From contig JBAMLY010000011.1 in assembly GCA_039794045.1 (NCBI GenBank), forward strand, positions 1 to 33,234: a stretch of 33,234 nucleotides of DNA, given 5' to 3'. A program made the position numbers and the translations under genes. Positions 9,631 to 19,162 of this stretch are shown here, in pieces. Below the pieces are notes generated by a model, which saw only the letters and a list, made by a program, of their open reading frames with translations, was not told the DNA's origin and did not search any database. Source of the DNA: Candidatus Micrarchaeia archaeon (GTDB lineage Archaea; Micrarchaeota; Micrarchaeia; Norongarragalinales; UBA8480). Positions within the stretch are counted from its first letter, which is position 1. The number at the start of each line of letters is the position of its first letter.

Positions 9631-10862
9631 TCGACGACTACCTCTGCGTCCAGCGCCTTGCAAGTGGCTTCGCTTGCCTCTTTTCTTGCTCTAGCGATTT
9701 TTTCTTTCGCTGAAGAAACCGCGTTCCTCGCCTTCTCTAACTCAGCTGCGGCTTGCAATGCCTTGTTTTTCAGCAAGTCAAACGACGCTTTCTCATTCAA
9801 CAAGAATTCCAGCCTGGCGCTCGCGCCCTCGGTTTCTTGCGTGTAGTTTCTCGCTTTCGAGGCGAGGGCGTCAACTTTACCTTCAAGTATTTCTGATAGG
9901 GCGCGCAGGGTTTTCTGTTCGTCGCGTGCTTCCACGGCAAGCATTCCCGTGGTTATCGCTTGCTTGACTTCTCCTGCGAGCCTCTTGAGGGCAGGGCACT
10001 CGCCTCCACTGAATTCCTTGAGGGCTTGCCCTACAGGGTTTTCTGAGTACTTGACCGCCAGGGAAGCGAGCTCCTTGTCTGTGGCAAGCTTTTGGTATTT
10101 TCTGAGGAGGCGTTGAAGAGGCGATACTATCTCACTTATTTGCTGTCGAGTTTCCTCCAAAGATTTTTCTGCTGCTTCAATTTCTTGCTTCAACGCAGCC
10201 TCTCTTTCCTCGTAGTCGCTGCCTTCGGCTTTCCTCACTTGGCCTTCCAAAGCTGTTGCTTGGGCTTCAAGTTGTTTCTCGCGCGCTTGAAAAAGCGAGA
10301 GTTCTTCAACGGCTTTCTCTAGAAAAGAAATTTTTTCTTTCGCTAAAAGAATTTCTTGTGTTTCGTTTTCTTCCCTTGACGCGGTTTCCTCGAATTCTTT
10401 AACGCTTTCCGCGAGTTGCTTCATGGCGTTCCCAACGCGCTTCATTTCCTCGGGAAAGAAGTGAAACAAGTAGCGGTTGTCGCGCGTGGCCCTCATTATT
10501 TCGGCGTTGGCTCGCGCTAGCTTTTTAGCGTAATCGCTCCAGCTGGCTTCACGCCTTGCGAGCTCGTCAAGCATTTTTGGTATTCTGCCGCAGTAGTCAT
10601 CGCGTGCTTGCAGTCCAATCTTGTGGCCTGGCGTGGATTCGCTCAAGCTTTTCTTTGAGAGGGCTTCGACTGCTGCCTTAACTTGCGTTGCTTGCGCGCT
10701 TATCTTTTCAGCTGCTTTTTCGTAGTCGGCCGCAAGAGCACTGCGTTTTTCTTCGAGTTTTTCTTCGAGTTTTTTCTTGGCTTCGCTTGCTGCGAGCGCG
10801 GTTTTTGCTGGCGCTGGCTGCGGCAATGCTTTCCTGCGAAAAAGTTTTTCGAGAAAGCCCAA
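9627..10862 (-). CDS. Coiled-coil hypothetical protein
   Basis: 411-aa E/K/A-rich helical ORF with N-terminal MGFLEKLFRRK; stop overlaps the DUF2207 start. Confidence 0.75.
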   Translation of the reverse strand: MGFLEKLFRRKALPQPAPAKTALAASEAKKKLEEKLEEKRSALAADYEKAAEKISAQATQVKAAVEALSKKSLSESTPGHKIGLQARDDYCGRIPKMLDELARREASWSDYAKKLARANAEIMRATRDNRYLFHFFPEEMKRVGNAMKQLAESVKEFEETASREENETQEILLAKEKISFLEKAVEELSLFQAREKQLEAQATALEGQVRKAEGSDYEEREAALKQEIEAAEKSLEETRQQISEIVSPLQRLLRKYQKLATDKELASLAVKYSENPVGQALKEFSGGECPALKRLAGEVKQAITTGMLAVEARDEQKTLRALSEILEGKVDALASKARNYTQETEGASARLEFLLNEKASFDLLKNKALQAAAELEKARNAVSSAKEKIARARKEASEATCKALDAEVVVE

Positions 10863-10948
10863 CTGAAATCACTTTAAAATACGGCTTCGCTCAAACAATT
10901 AATGGTTGCAACGTATTTATTTTGGTTTGCCGGTTTAAAAGTGGTTTG

Positions 10949-12106
10949 ATGGCTGTCCAGTTAGAGTGCGAGGACGGGCTGGTCGTCGTGCGAGACCTCG
11001 TTTCAGTGCAGGCTCTCGACCGCGGCTTTTTTGGCTCGGACTTTCAAGGCAAGAAGACGGTACTGCAGTTGATGCCAGAGGAAGCTCTTTATTTGATGGA
11101 TGTGCGCAATGCCCAGTGCCGCCGCGCAGGCGAAATTGTTTCGTTTAACGAGGTTGCGTCGGCTTTCAAGGAAAACAAGAAGTTTCTCGCAAGGTATTTT
11201 TGTTTTCGTGACTGGCGCGATAGGGGCCTAATCGCTCGCCCAATAAGCGAGGCAACGGGAAACTATGGGAGAAGCCCAGTCATAAAATATCCTTCTAAAG
11301 ACTTCGAGTGCCCGCCGACTCCCTGGAAAGCGGTTTTCTTCAGCGACGACTTGATGGCTGTAGTGGACGACGAGGAAGCGGCTTGCTTGTACGAAGAAAA
11401 CTGGTTCGGGCAGTGGGGAACCTATAAGGCAAAAAAGCACGGGCGCTTGCTGAAGCTCGACGCTTACGAGGCACTGTTTTTATTGAAGTACGGCGGCTTG
11501 AAGTTGAACGTTAAAGAGTCTCGCCTCGTGAGAGAGGCGTCCAAGCGTCGCGGCGACTTCAAAGCGCTTTACGAGGTTTACGAGGACTGGCGGTTGAGGG
11601 GCTACGTGTTGAAGACCGGCTTCAAGTTCGGAACTCACTTTCGCCTCTATTTTCCTGGCGCGAAGCCCACTCTGGAAAGCGAGGAGTGGATGCACTCCAA
11701 GCACGTCATACATGTTTTCCCGCGCGAAGCAAAAATGCTTATAAGCGAGTGGGCGCGCGCCATCAGAGTAGCACACGGCGTCAAGAAGACATTCATTCTC
11801 GCCATCCCGGGCGCGAAAAAAGAAGCTGCCGCGGAACTGGATTTCTTGTTGTTTCACAGGAAGAAGGGCGAGATAGAAAACCCGAGGCGCGACAAGCCAA
11901 AGTTTGTTATGCTCGCGCTTTCCGAAGAAGAAGAGATAGGAGGAGCAGAGCTCGCGCAAGCCATTGCCAAAGCAAAGCAGTTGGGGCTGGACTTGATTTT
12001 AAGCATTTGCGACAGGGAAACAAGCGTGACGCACTACCGCGTCAAGCGCATTGAAGTCCCTAAATCCAAGTACGAATACTACGAGATAGAATGGGTTCAG
12101 CCCTAG
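10949..12106 (+). CDS. endA: tRNA splicing endonuclease, three-unit epsilon2 (ARMAN) type
   Basis: 385 aa from ATG 10949. Contains DWRDRG, WFGQWGTYKAKKH (ARMAN-specific-loop-like), VYEDWRLRGYVLKTGFKFGTHFRLYFPG, WMHSKH, HGVKKT and terminal DRETSVTHY...YYEIEWVQP, matching the ARMAN-2 EndA architecture as I recall it. Confidence 0.92.
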   Translation: MAVQLECEDGLVVVRDLVSVQALDRGFFGSDFQGKKTVLQLMPEEALYLMDVRNAQCRRAGEIVSFNEVASAFKENKKFLARYFCFRDWRDRGLIARPISEATGNYGRSPVIKYPSKDFECPPTPWKAVFFSDDLMAVVDDEEAACLYEENWFGQWGTYKAKKHGRLLKLDAYEALFLLKYGGLKLNVKESRLVREASKRRGDFKALYEVYEDWRLRGYVLKTGFKFGTHFRLYFPGAKPTLESEEWMHSKHVIHVFPREAKMLISEWARAIRVAHGVKKTFILAIPGAKKEAAAELDFLLFHRKKGEIENPRRDKPKFVMLALSEEEEIGGAELAQAIAKAKQLGLDLILSICDRETSVTHYRVKRIEVPKSKYEYYEIEWVQP

Positions 12107-12129
12107 GCGGCAAGAGGTTAGTGGTTGCC

Positions 12130-13095
12130 TTGAAGCAGTTCAAGAACGTTTCATTCAAGCGCAGGCGCTCGCGCGAGAGAATGTTTAACGAGCCAGTGCG
12201 CGGGTTCAGCGTCTCGAAAGAAATTCGGTTGGCGGACTTGCCACGCCTTTATTCTTCGCTTGGTTTTCAGGCGAGCGAGCTTGCGCGGGCCTGCGAAGTC
12301 ATTAAGCGTGCGCGGAAGGACAAGGCAACTTTTTTCTTGTCGCTCACCTCAAACATTGTTTCCAGTGGGTTGCGTGAAATTGTCGCCCAGCTTTGCAGGG
12401 AGAAAGCAGTTCACGCCGTAATCACTTCTACTGGCGCGATAGAAGAAGACTTCATGAAGACCAAGCATTCTTTCTTGCTTGGAGAGTTCGACGTCGACGA
12501 CTCGCAAGTGAAAAAACAGGCTTTAAACCGCATTGGAAACGTCTTCGTTCCAGACGAAGCATATGTTTGGCTTGAAGAACGAGACAAGGAAATACTTCAA
12601 GAAATTTACTTGAGAGAAGGTGTTTTGGTTCCCTCGGATTACTGCAAGCGCGTCGGCGAGAGCATTAACGACGAAAACTCTTTTCTTTACTGGGCGGCGA
12701 GGAACTCAATCCCAGTTTTTTGTCCTGGCTTTGTTGACGGCGCCATCGGAGACCATGTTTTCTTCTTCAACCAAGGCAAGAGCAAGCCGTTAGTAGTCGA
12801 CGAAGCGCGCGACCTCGCTTGTTTTTACAAGATGATGTTGTTAGCTGAAAAGACTGCGGGGGTAGTCGTGGGCGGCGGGATTGCAAAGCACCACTTGATT
12901 GGAGCGGCTATCTTGCGCAATGGCTTGGACTACGCAGTGTACGTTGGCACTGGCACTCAGTACGACGGATCTCTTTCTGGCGCGCGGCCCACTGAGGCCG
13001 TGAGCTGGAACAAGTTGAAGAACAAGCGCAATAGCGCTTTTGTGGAAGGGGAAGCCACTCTCGTGCTCCCAGTTCTCGCGACGGCTTTTCTCTAA
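12130..13095 (+). CDS. dhs: Deoxyhypusine synthase (start uncertain: 12091, 12130 or 12181)
   Basis: GFQA, TSNIVSSGLRE, GAIEED, LNRIGN, DGSLSGARPTEAVSWNK (imine-forming Lys present). Confidence 0.93.
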   Translation: MKQFKNVSFKRRRSRERMFNEPVRGFSVSKEIRLADLPRLYSSLGFQASELARACEVIKRARKDKATFFLSLTSNIVSSGLREIVAQLCREKAVHAVITSTGAIEEDFMKTKHSFLLGEFDVDDSQVKKQALNRIGNVFVPDEAYVWLEERDKEILQEIYLREGVLVPSDYCKRVGESINDENSFLYWAARNSIPVFCPGFVDGAIGDHVFFFNQGKSKPLVVDEARDLACFYKMMLLAEKTAGVVVGGGIAKHHLIGAAILRNGLDYAVYVGTGTQYDGSLSGARPTEAVSWNKLKNKRNSAFVEGEATLVLPVLATAFL

Positions 13096-13136
13096 CAGGC
13101 GACGCTTATTTATTTTCTTTTTTCCCAAGTGATGTC

Positions 13137-14747
13137 ATGCATTGGGCTGACCAACTAGCAGAAAAAATAATTGAGCGCGCAAAGCGCGAGGGACGCACGC
13201 CTAACGTGAAGTGCCAGCAGACTCCAAGCGGGGGCAAGCATATAGGTAACTTAAACGACGTCTTGCGCGCCTGGTTTCCAGTCAAGGCCGTGCGGCAGAA
13301 GGGCGTGGAGTGCGAGTTCGTTCACACTACTGACGACCGGGACCCGTTGAAGGACGTGCCTTTGAAGTTGATGGACTTGAACGGGAAATGGCATTCTTCA
13401 ACCGAGTTCCCGCGCATTAAAGAGTTTCTTGGAATGCCTTTGTGCAGGATTCCAGATCCATTTGGTTGTTGTGATTCGTGGTCGGAGCACTTCACAGAGG
13501 TTTGGATGAGAGGAGTGTTCGACTTAGACGTTCACCCAACGCTTTACTCGGTCAACCGCCTTTACGAGGAAGGCAGGATGGAGCCATTCATTCGCACCGT
13601 ATTCGAGAAATCTGCTGAAGTCGGAAAGATAGTAGCGCGTTTTCAGGCCACGAAAAAAGAAGACTATATTCCCTTCGACGCGATTTGCCCGCAGTGCGGT
13701 CGCCTCGCCAACGTAGACTCATTCGACTTGCAAAATCGATTAGTTCACTTTACTTGCGGCGGCAAGGCAATAAAGTCGAGGAAGAGCGAGGGATGCGGTT
13801 TCGAGGGCGAAGTGCCTTGGAGCGAAGGAAAACTGCAGTGGCGCTTCGAGTGGCCTGCGTTGATGTGCTTGTTCAACACGACGTTCGAGCCGTTCGGCAA
13901 GGATCATTTTGAGGGAAGCTGGAAGAGCGTCCTCGAAATAATGCCCAAAATTTTTGGGAGAGAGCCACCCATTCCATTCGTTTACGAGTTCTTTTTGGTA
14001 AACGGCGAGAAAATGAGTGCGAGCAAAGGAAACGTTTTCGTCGTACAAGACATCCTGCAAATAGTAGAGCCAGAAGTTTTCAGGTTCTTTTACGCCATGC
14101 GCCCAGAAAAGCAACGAGACTTGGAGTTGTCTCGAATTTTCCAGTTGGTTGACGAGTTCGACGAATGCGAACGCATTTACTTCGGCGTCTCGTCCGCCCG
14201 CAGCGAGAACAGGGAAGAAAACTACAAGAGAATGTACGAGCTCGCAATGAACTCTGTTCCTTCAAAAGCGCCAGTGCGTGTTTCTTACTCTTTCGCGGCT
14301 TTCTTGACTCAGTTGATGGACGACGACGCAGTGGTCAAGAAACTGGTGGAGTTAGGCCACTTAAAGAAAGCTTCAGATGAAGACTTGGCGGCTGCAAGAA
14401 AGCGCGTGCGTCTCGCCCGCAACTGGGTTGCTCTTTACGCGGCGCCTGAGTCGAAGCTCTCGCTTCTTGAGGCGTCCGAGTCCCTCGCCAAGTTCGCTTT
14501 GCTTCCAGAAAACGCCAAGCGAGTCCTGCAAGAATTTGCGGTTGCCTATGGAAAGCCCGGCGTTTCCGAGCAAGAACTCGCCGCCGAAGCAAAAAGGTTG
14601 TGCGCCGAGCACTCCCTGCAATCAGTGGACTTCTTTAAAGCCGCTTACAGCGTACTCTTCGGGAGGGAACGCGGGCCCAAGCTTTTCCCGTTCCTGCTGG
14701 CAATGGACAAGAAGGAAGTGGCAAAGCGCCTTGCCGGAGTCGCCTAG
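13137..14747 (+). CDS. lysS: Class I lysyl-tRNA synthetase
   Basis: MHWAD start, TPSGGKHIGN, GKLQWRFEWP, EPFGKDH, KMSASKGN and C-terminal RGPKL. Confidence 0.96.
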   Translation: MHWADQLAEKIIERAKREGRTPNVKCQQTPSGGKHIGNLNDVLRAWFPVKAVRQKGVECEFVHTTDDRDPLKDVPLKLMDLNGKWHSSTEFPRIKEFLGMPLCRIPDPFGCCDSWSEHFTEVWMRGVFDLDVHPTLYSVNRLYEEGRMEPFIRTVFEKSAEVGKIVARFQATKKEDYIPFDAICPQCGRLANVDSFDLQNRLVHFTCGGKAIKSRKSEGCGFEGEVPWSEGKLQWRFEWPALMCLFNTTFEPFGKDHFEGSWKSVLEIMPKIFGREPPIPFVYEFFLVNGEKMSASKGNVFVVQDILQIVEPEVFRFFYAMRPEKQRDLELSRIFQLVDEFDECERIYFGVSSARSENREENYKRMYELAMNSVPSKAPVRVSYSFAAFLTQLMDDDAVVKKLVELGHLKKASDEDLAAARKRVRLARNWVALYAAPESKLSLLEASESLAKFALLPENAKRVLQEFAVAYGKPGVSEQELAAEAKRLCAEHSLQSVDFFKAAYSVLFGRERGPKLFPFLLAMDKKEVAKRLAGVA

Positions 14748-14807
14748 AAAGCCTTAAAACAATCGCTTACAAAAATTTTCTTGCTTTTTCTCTTGGAAAG
14801 TGAAGAA

Positions 14808-16016
14808 ATGGCGCAAGCAGAAGTAAACATAATGACTGCGGGTCACGTGGACCACGGGAAGACCACGCTCGTCGCAGCCATTACTGGAAAGTGGGCAAGC
14901 ACGCACAGCGAAGAACTAAAGCGTGGAATCACGATTAGGCTCGGCTACGCTGACGCGGAAATACGCAGGTGCCGCAAGTGCGGCGAGCCATCGTGTTGGT
15001 GTACTACAGAAAACTGTCCCAAATGCGGAGGCGACACGGAAGTAGTGCGCAAAGTTTCATTCGTGGACGCACCGGGCCACGAGACACTGCTTGCCACAGT
15101 TATTGCCGCGAGCAGCATAATAGACGGCGCATTGTTCGTAATTGCGGCCAACGAGAAGTGCCCGCAGCCTCAAACAACCGAGCACTTAATGGTTTTAGAG
15201 GCAGCTGGCGTGAAAAACATTGTAGTCGCCCAAAACAAGGTTGACTTGGTTTCACGGCAGCAAGCGCTCGAGAACTACAACCAAATAAAAGAGTTCTTGA
15301 AAGGCACTTCTTACGAGGACGCGGAAATAATTCCTACTGCAGCGAACCAGAAAATAAACTTGGACGCGTTGCTTGATGCTATTCAGCGCAGGATTCCCAC
15401 CCCAGCGCGGGACAAGACAAAACCGCCTAAAATGTATGTTGCCCGCTCGTTCGATGTTAACAAGCCAGGCACGAAAGCAAGCGACATAAAAGGAGGCGTG
15501 GTGGGAGGTTCTCTCCTATACGGCGTTCTAAGGCGCGGCGATGAAATAGAGATTCTGCCTGGAATAATGCGTTCTAGGAAGGACAAGATTTCCTACCACC
15601 CAATAAAAACGAGGGTGGTTTCGCTTCACGCGGGAAGCGAGGAACTAAGCGAGGCAGGCCCAGGCGGCTTGATTGCAGTTGAAACCACTCTAGACCCTGC
15701 TGCGACGAGAGCAGATTCGCTGATTGGCTCTGTGCTTGGAAAAAGCGGCACGATTCCAGAGCCCAAGGAAGCCATTTCAGTAGAAGCAATACCAATGCCT
15801 CGTCAAGTAGAAAAGTTTACTGGATTCTCTTTAAACGAGCCACTCGTGCTTGGCTTGGGCACGGCGACTACAGTGGGCTTTGTTTCAGCCCAAAAAAAGC
15901 AAAGACTTGAACTCAAGCTCAAGAAGCCGCTTTGCGCGCAGCCAGGCGACGTCCTCGCAGTAATGCGGAGGACAGGAAACAGGTGGCACTTGTACGGGAC
16001 TGCGAAAGTTATTTAA
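14808..16016 (+). CDS. eif2g: Translation initiation factor aIF2 gamma subunit
   Basis: GHVDHGKTT, EELKRGITIRLGYAD, zinc knuckle, DAPGHE, QNKVD and RSFDVNKPG. Confidence 0.97.
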   Translation: MAQAEVNIMTAGHVDHGKTTLVAAITGKWASTHSEELKRGITIRLGYADAEIRRCRKCGEPSCWCTTENCPKCGGDTEVVRKVSFVDAPGHETLLATVIAASSIIDGALFVIAANEKCPQPQTTEHLMVLEAAGVKNIVVAQNKVDLVSRQQALENYNQIKEFLKGTSYEDAEIIPTAANQKINLDALLDAIQRRIPTPARDKTKPPKMYVARSFDVNKPGTKASDIKGGVVGGSLLYGVLRRGDEIEILPGIMRSRKDKISYHPIKTRVVSLHAGSEELSEAGPGGLIAVETTLDPAATRADSLIGSVLGKSGTIPEPKEAISVEAIPMPRQVEKFTGFSLNEPLVLGLGTATTVGFVSAQKKQRLELKLKKPLCAQPGDVLAVMRRTGNRWHLYGTAKVI

Positions 16017-16672
16017 TTCAAGCCAAGCGCCTTCAAGACAAGGTTGAAGGTCTGATCGGCTGAAAGATTGTTCGAAGTATTAACGGTCTTCAGCAAGCCT
16101 TTTTTCTCGTAGTATTCAATGAGCGGAGCAGTCTGCTTCTCGTAAACCCTCATTCGCTCGCGAACAGTCGCCTCTTCTTCGTCTGCGCGCTGGACGAGCT
16201 TTCCGCCGCACTTGTCGCAAACTCCTTCTTGTTTTGGCCGCATGTCTGGAAAAGCAAGATTGTATATTGCTCCGCACTTCTCGCACGTTCGTCTCATGCT
16301 AATACGCTTTACGGCGTCTTCTATTGGAATAGAGATGTTCAGCACGGCGTCAAGCCTCCAACCTCTTCTTGCAAGAATTTCTTGCAGGGCTTCTGCTTGC
16401 GGGATCGTGCGCGGAAAACCATCCAAAATAAATCCTTTTCTCGCATCCGCTTGCGAAAGCCGTTCTTCAACCATTGAAACAACCAAGTAGTCGGGCACTA
16501 GCTCGCCTTTTTTCATGAACGACTCAGCCTTCCTACCCAACTCGGTTCCCTGAGCGAGGTTAGCACGAAAAATATCGCCCGTGCTAATCTGCGGAATACC
16601 GAGTTTTTCGGCGAGCTTTTTAGCATGCGTTCCCTTTCCAGCGCCCGGAGCGCCCAAGAAGACAAGCCTCAA
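16013..16672 (-). CDS. adk: Adenylate kinase (bacterial type, Cys4 zinc LID)
   Basis: GAPGAGKGT, ISTGDIFR, GFILDGFPRT and CEKC...CDKC LID. TTG start at 16672; the longer track ORF runs into tRNA-Lys. Confidence 0.95.
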   Translation of the reverse strand: MRLVFLGAPGAGKGTHAKKLAEKLGIPQISTGDIFRANLAQGTELGRKAESFMKKGELVPDYLVVSMVEERLSQADARKGFILDGFPRTIPQAEALQEILARRGWRLDAVLNISIPIEDAVKRISMRRTCEKCGAIYNLAFPDMRPKQEGVCDKCGGKLVQRADEEEATVRERMRVYEKQTAPLIEYYEKKGLLKTVNTSNNLSADQTFNLVLKALGLN

Positions 16673-16711
16673 CCAACACCAACCCCAACAAGTGAAACGG
16701 GCTCGGCGGGA

Positions 16712-16756
16712 CTCACGCAATCTCATTTCTTTTCTTTTCAAAGAAAGAGAAGTTGT
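16712..16756 (-). other. T-loop 59/60 intron of tRNA-Lys (45 nt)
   Basis: Central helix UUCG/CGUG (one mismatch), bulges AA^A and AG^U, intron stem CAA/UUG, UCUC/GAGA, UUUCUUU/AAAGAAA. Confidence 0.85.
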
Positions 16757-16778
16757 TTCGAACCCACGACCCCCTGGT

Positions 16779-16806
16779 TTCCCTCGACTTTTTTCGTTGA
16801 AGTCGT
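16779..16806 (-). other. Canonical 37/38 BHB intron of tRNA-Lys (28 nt)
   Basis: Central helix CUUU/AGGG, bulges UA^A and AA^A, intron helix CGACUU/AAGUCG. Confidence 0.9.
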
Positions 16807-16908
16807 TAAAAGCCAGGTGCTCTAGCCAAGCTGAGCTACGAGCCCTCTAAAAACCAATTTTTTTGGGTGAGCGATTATTTTATTTGTTTGCTTTCAAAAT
16901 CACTTTTC

Positions 16909-17292
16909 ATGATAGTTTTGCTTGACACCAACATTTTGCTCGCGCCAGGCCGCTCGCGCTTAGACGTTTTAAGCGAGATAGAAAAGCTTTTAGACAGAAA
17001 GCCGGAGTACGTGGTTTTGTCGCCTTGCTTTGACGAAATAAAGTCTCTAGCTGCTGGGAAGTCGCGGAATGCCCCCGCCGCGCGAGTGGCTTTAAAGATA
17101 GTAAAAGAATCCGGCGTGCGCGTAGTGCAAGCTAAAGGAAAACCCGACGAAGCAATTTTAGAGTGGGCTAAGGCGAACGCAGCGCTCAAGCCACTAGTTT
17201 GCACTAACGACGCTGCTTTAAAAAAGCTTTTGCGTAAGGCTGGCGTTAGAGTGGCTTGCGTTCGCGAAAAAAACAGGATGGCGTTTTGCTGA
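16909..17292 (+). CDS. PIN-domain protein (Fcf1/Utp24-like)
   Basis: MIVLLDTNIL, DEI, PDEAIL and VCTNDAALKK acidic PIN residues; usual neighbour of aIF2-gamma and rpoE. Confidence 0.88.
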   Translation: MIVLLDTNILLAPGRSRLDVLSEIEKLLDRKPEYVVLSPCFDEIKSLAAGKSRNAPAARVALKIVKESGVRVVQAKGKPDEAILEWAKANAALKPLVCTNDAALKKLLRKAGVRVACVREKNRMAFC

Positions 17293-17377
17293 GGTCAAAG
17301 AAAGTATTATAATTCCTTTTTTTCCTTATTCCTATACTTGTTTTTACTTTTACCGCTGAGTTTCAAAAGGTGAGCTT

Positions 17378-17899
17378 TTGTACAAGCTTGTGACTTTCAA
17401 GGAAGTCGTTCGGATACCGCCGAGCATGTTCGGCGAAAAAATTTCGCGTGGCGCCCTAGAAATCTTGCGCGATGAGTACGAGCGCACTGTACGCAAAGAC
17501 GTTGGCGTAATCGTTTCAGTGAACAGCGCGAGAGTGGAGTCAAAGGGGCGCGTCGTGCATGGAGACGGCGCAGTTTTCTGCGACGTCGAGTTTGACGCGC
17601 TAGTCTTCGCGCCGGAAGTGAACGAGGTAGTCATAGGCGAGGTGTCGGAAATAGTTGAGTTCGGGGCTTTCGTGCGCTTGGGCCCAATCGATGGCTTGGC
17701 GCACATTTCGCAGGTTACGAACGAGTTCTTGTCCTACGACAAGAAGACTGGCTCGCTGGTGGGAAAGCAGTCAAAGAAGTCCGTGAAAAAAGGAGACATA
17801 GTTAAAGCAAAGATTGCGACTGTGAGCTTGAAGGACAGCATTCCGAACAGCAAGATTGCTTTGACGATGAGGCCTGAAGGCCTTGGAAAGCAAAAGTAA
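17378..17899 (+). CDS. rpoE1: RNA polymerase subunit E' (Rpo7)
   Basis: VRIPP, GDGAVF and S1 domain EFGAFVRLGPIDGLAHISQV; C-terminal LTMRPEGLGK; SD AGGTGA. Confidence 0.96.
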   Translation: MYKLVTFKEVVRIPPSMFGEKISRGALEILRDEYERTVRKDVGVIVSVNSARVESKGRVVHGDGAVFCDVEFDALVFAPEVNEVVIGEVSEIVEFGAFVRLGPIDGLAHISQVTNEFLSYDKKTGSLVGKQSKKSVKKGDIVKAKIATVSLKDSIPNSKIALTMRPEGLGKQK

Positions 17900-17910
17900 G
17901 AGTGGTTTTA

Positions 17911-18096
17911 ATGGTTGAACGTGCTTGCAGGAAGTGTCGATTGATTGTTTCCGGCGACGTTTGCCCAGTGTGCAAGGACTCGGAATTAACTAAGAACTGG
18001 GAAGGCGAGATAATAGTCGTTGATGCCGAGCGCAGCGAAGTCGCTAAAGCGATAGGCGCAACGGTTCCAGGAAAGTATGCTTTGAAGATAAAGTAG
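17911..18096 (+). CDS. spt4: Transcription elongation factor Spt4 (RpoE'')
   Basis: RACRKC...CPVC...WEGEIIVVD..SEVAK..G...PGKYALK. Confidence 0.95.
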   Translation: MVERACRKCRLIVSGDVCPVCKDSELTKNWEGEIIVVDAERSEVAKAIGATVPGKYALKIK

Positions 18097-18113
18097 TTTG
18101 AAGGGTGCTAGTC

Positions 18114-18416
18114 ATGGAAGTTGAAGTGATATCAAGCAAGGAAAATCCTTTGTTTGACAGGAAGGAATTGGTTGTAGTAGCGCGAGACTTTAGCGCCACG
18201 CCTAACAGGCTCGAAGTGCTTGAAGCTCTTTCCAAGAAAGTAAACGCACTCAAGGAATGCATCGCGATACGAAAAATAGAGCACAAGTTTGGTTCCAAGC
18301 AGGCAAGGATTCTGGCGAGAGTTTATTCTAGCGCGAAAAAACTCGCTGAAATAGAGCCTGCTTTCGTGAAAGAGCGCGGCAAGCCGAAAGAGAAGGCAGC
18401 AGAAGAAAAGAAGTGA
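18114..18416 (+). CDS. rps24e: Ribosomal protein S24e
   Basis: [18 protein letters not shown]...ARVY motifs; conserved position. Confidence 0.92.
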   Translation: MEVEVISSKENPLFDRKELVVVARDFSATPNRLEVLEALSKKVNALKECIAIRKIEHKFGSKQARILARVYSSAKKLAEIEPAFVKERGKPKEKAAEEKK

Positions 18417-18420
18417 TTCC

Positions 18421-18555
18421 ATGGCTCAAAAACAACGCGTAACAAAGAAGTACGAGGCACGCAAGTTTTGCCCGAAGTGCGGCGCGGCTTCGCGTTTGGC
18501 GGAGCACAAGAACCGCAGGACTTGCGGCAAGTGCGGTTACACTGAAATGAAGTAA
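18421..18555 (+). CDS. rps27ae: Ribosomal protein S27ae (eS31), 44 aa
   Basis: Not in the track. [44 protein letters not shown]; follows rps24e. Confidence 0.93.
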   Translation: MAQKQRVTKKYEARKFCPKCGAASRLAEHKNRRTCGKCGYTEMK

Positions 18556-18584
18556 TTTCTTTTGTTTTCTTTTTGGTTGTTTGA

Positions 18585-19148
18585 ATGCGTTTTGGTTTCG
18601 AGGAGGCGCTAATGTCTTTTCCTATCTCGTTTCTGCTTCTTCCCCTGCCGTTCGTCTTGCTTTACTTTGAGGGAAAGAACTTCAAGCAATCGCTTGAATA
18701 CCTTGGGTTTTCCCGCGAAAAACCCGCGAGGCAAGCACTTGACGGTTTAAAACTCCTCGCGTTGTTCTTGGCAGCTTTTTTTTGCTTGGGGGCTGCACTG
18801 CAAGTGCTTGGCTTGCTTGACTCTTACAAAGTAGTGGAAGTTGTACGCGCCCAGCCTTTCTTAGTGCTCGCCGCTGCCGTGACTTTGGCTCCCGTCGCCG
18901 AAGAAATGTTTTTTCGCGGTTACCTGCAGAAAAAAATTGGAGTAGTTCTTTCATCCGTCATTTTCGCGGCGGTTCACTATGCTTACGGTTCAGTGGCGGA
19001 AGTAATCGCGGCTTTCTTGATGGGCTTGATTGCCGGGTGGTGGGTTAAAAAGCACGGGAGGCTCGCGTCCGCCGTAATCGCTCACGCGCTATGGAATGCT
19101 GCGTCAATAATTCTGGCTTTAACCATTCTCGGGCTTTCGCTGCCTTGA
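18585..19148 (+). CDS. CPBP (CAAX/Abi) family intramembrane metalloprotease
   Basis: EEMFFRG, FAAVH and AHALWN motifs; multiple TM segments. Confidence 0.9.
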   Translation: MRFGFEEALMSFPISFLLLPLPFVLLYFEGKNFKQSLEYLGFSREKPARQALDGLKLLALFLAAFFCLGAALQVLGLLDSYKVVEVVRAQPFLVLAAAVTLAPVAEEMFFRGYLQKKIGVVLSSVIFAAVHYAYGSVAEVIAAFLMGLIAGWWVKKHGRLASAVIAHALWNAASIILALTILGLSLP

Positions 19149-19162
19149 ATAGAGGAATTCAA

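Larger units (their letters stand above)
16698..16845 (-). tRNA. tRNA-Lys(UUU) with two introns (37/38 and 59/60)
   Basis: Exons GGGCTCGTAGCTCAGCTTGGCTAGAGCACCTGGCTTTTA | ACCAGGGGGTCGTGGGTTCGAA | TCCCGCCGAGCCCG form a full cloverleaf; anticodon TTT at 16810-16808; CCA not encoded. Confidence 0.95.

Noticed and set aside
10688..10948. N-terminal extension of EndA in the ORF track
   Set aside because: It overlaps the divergent coiled-coil gene; recognisable EndA sequence starts at ATG 10949.
12990..13020. DHS motif EAVSWNK instead of EAVSWGK
   Set aside because: The catalytic Lys is retained and a single substitution does not support altered function.
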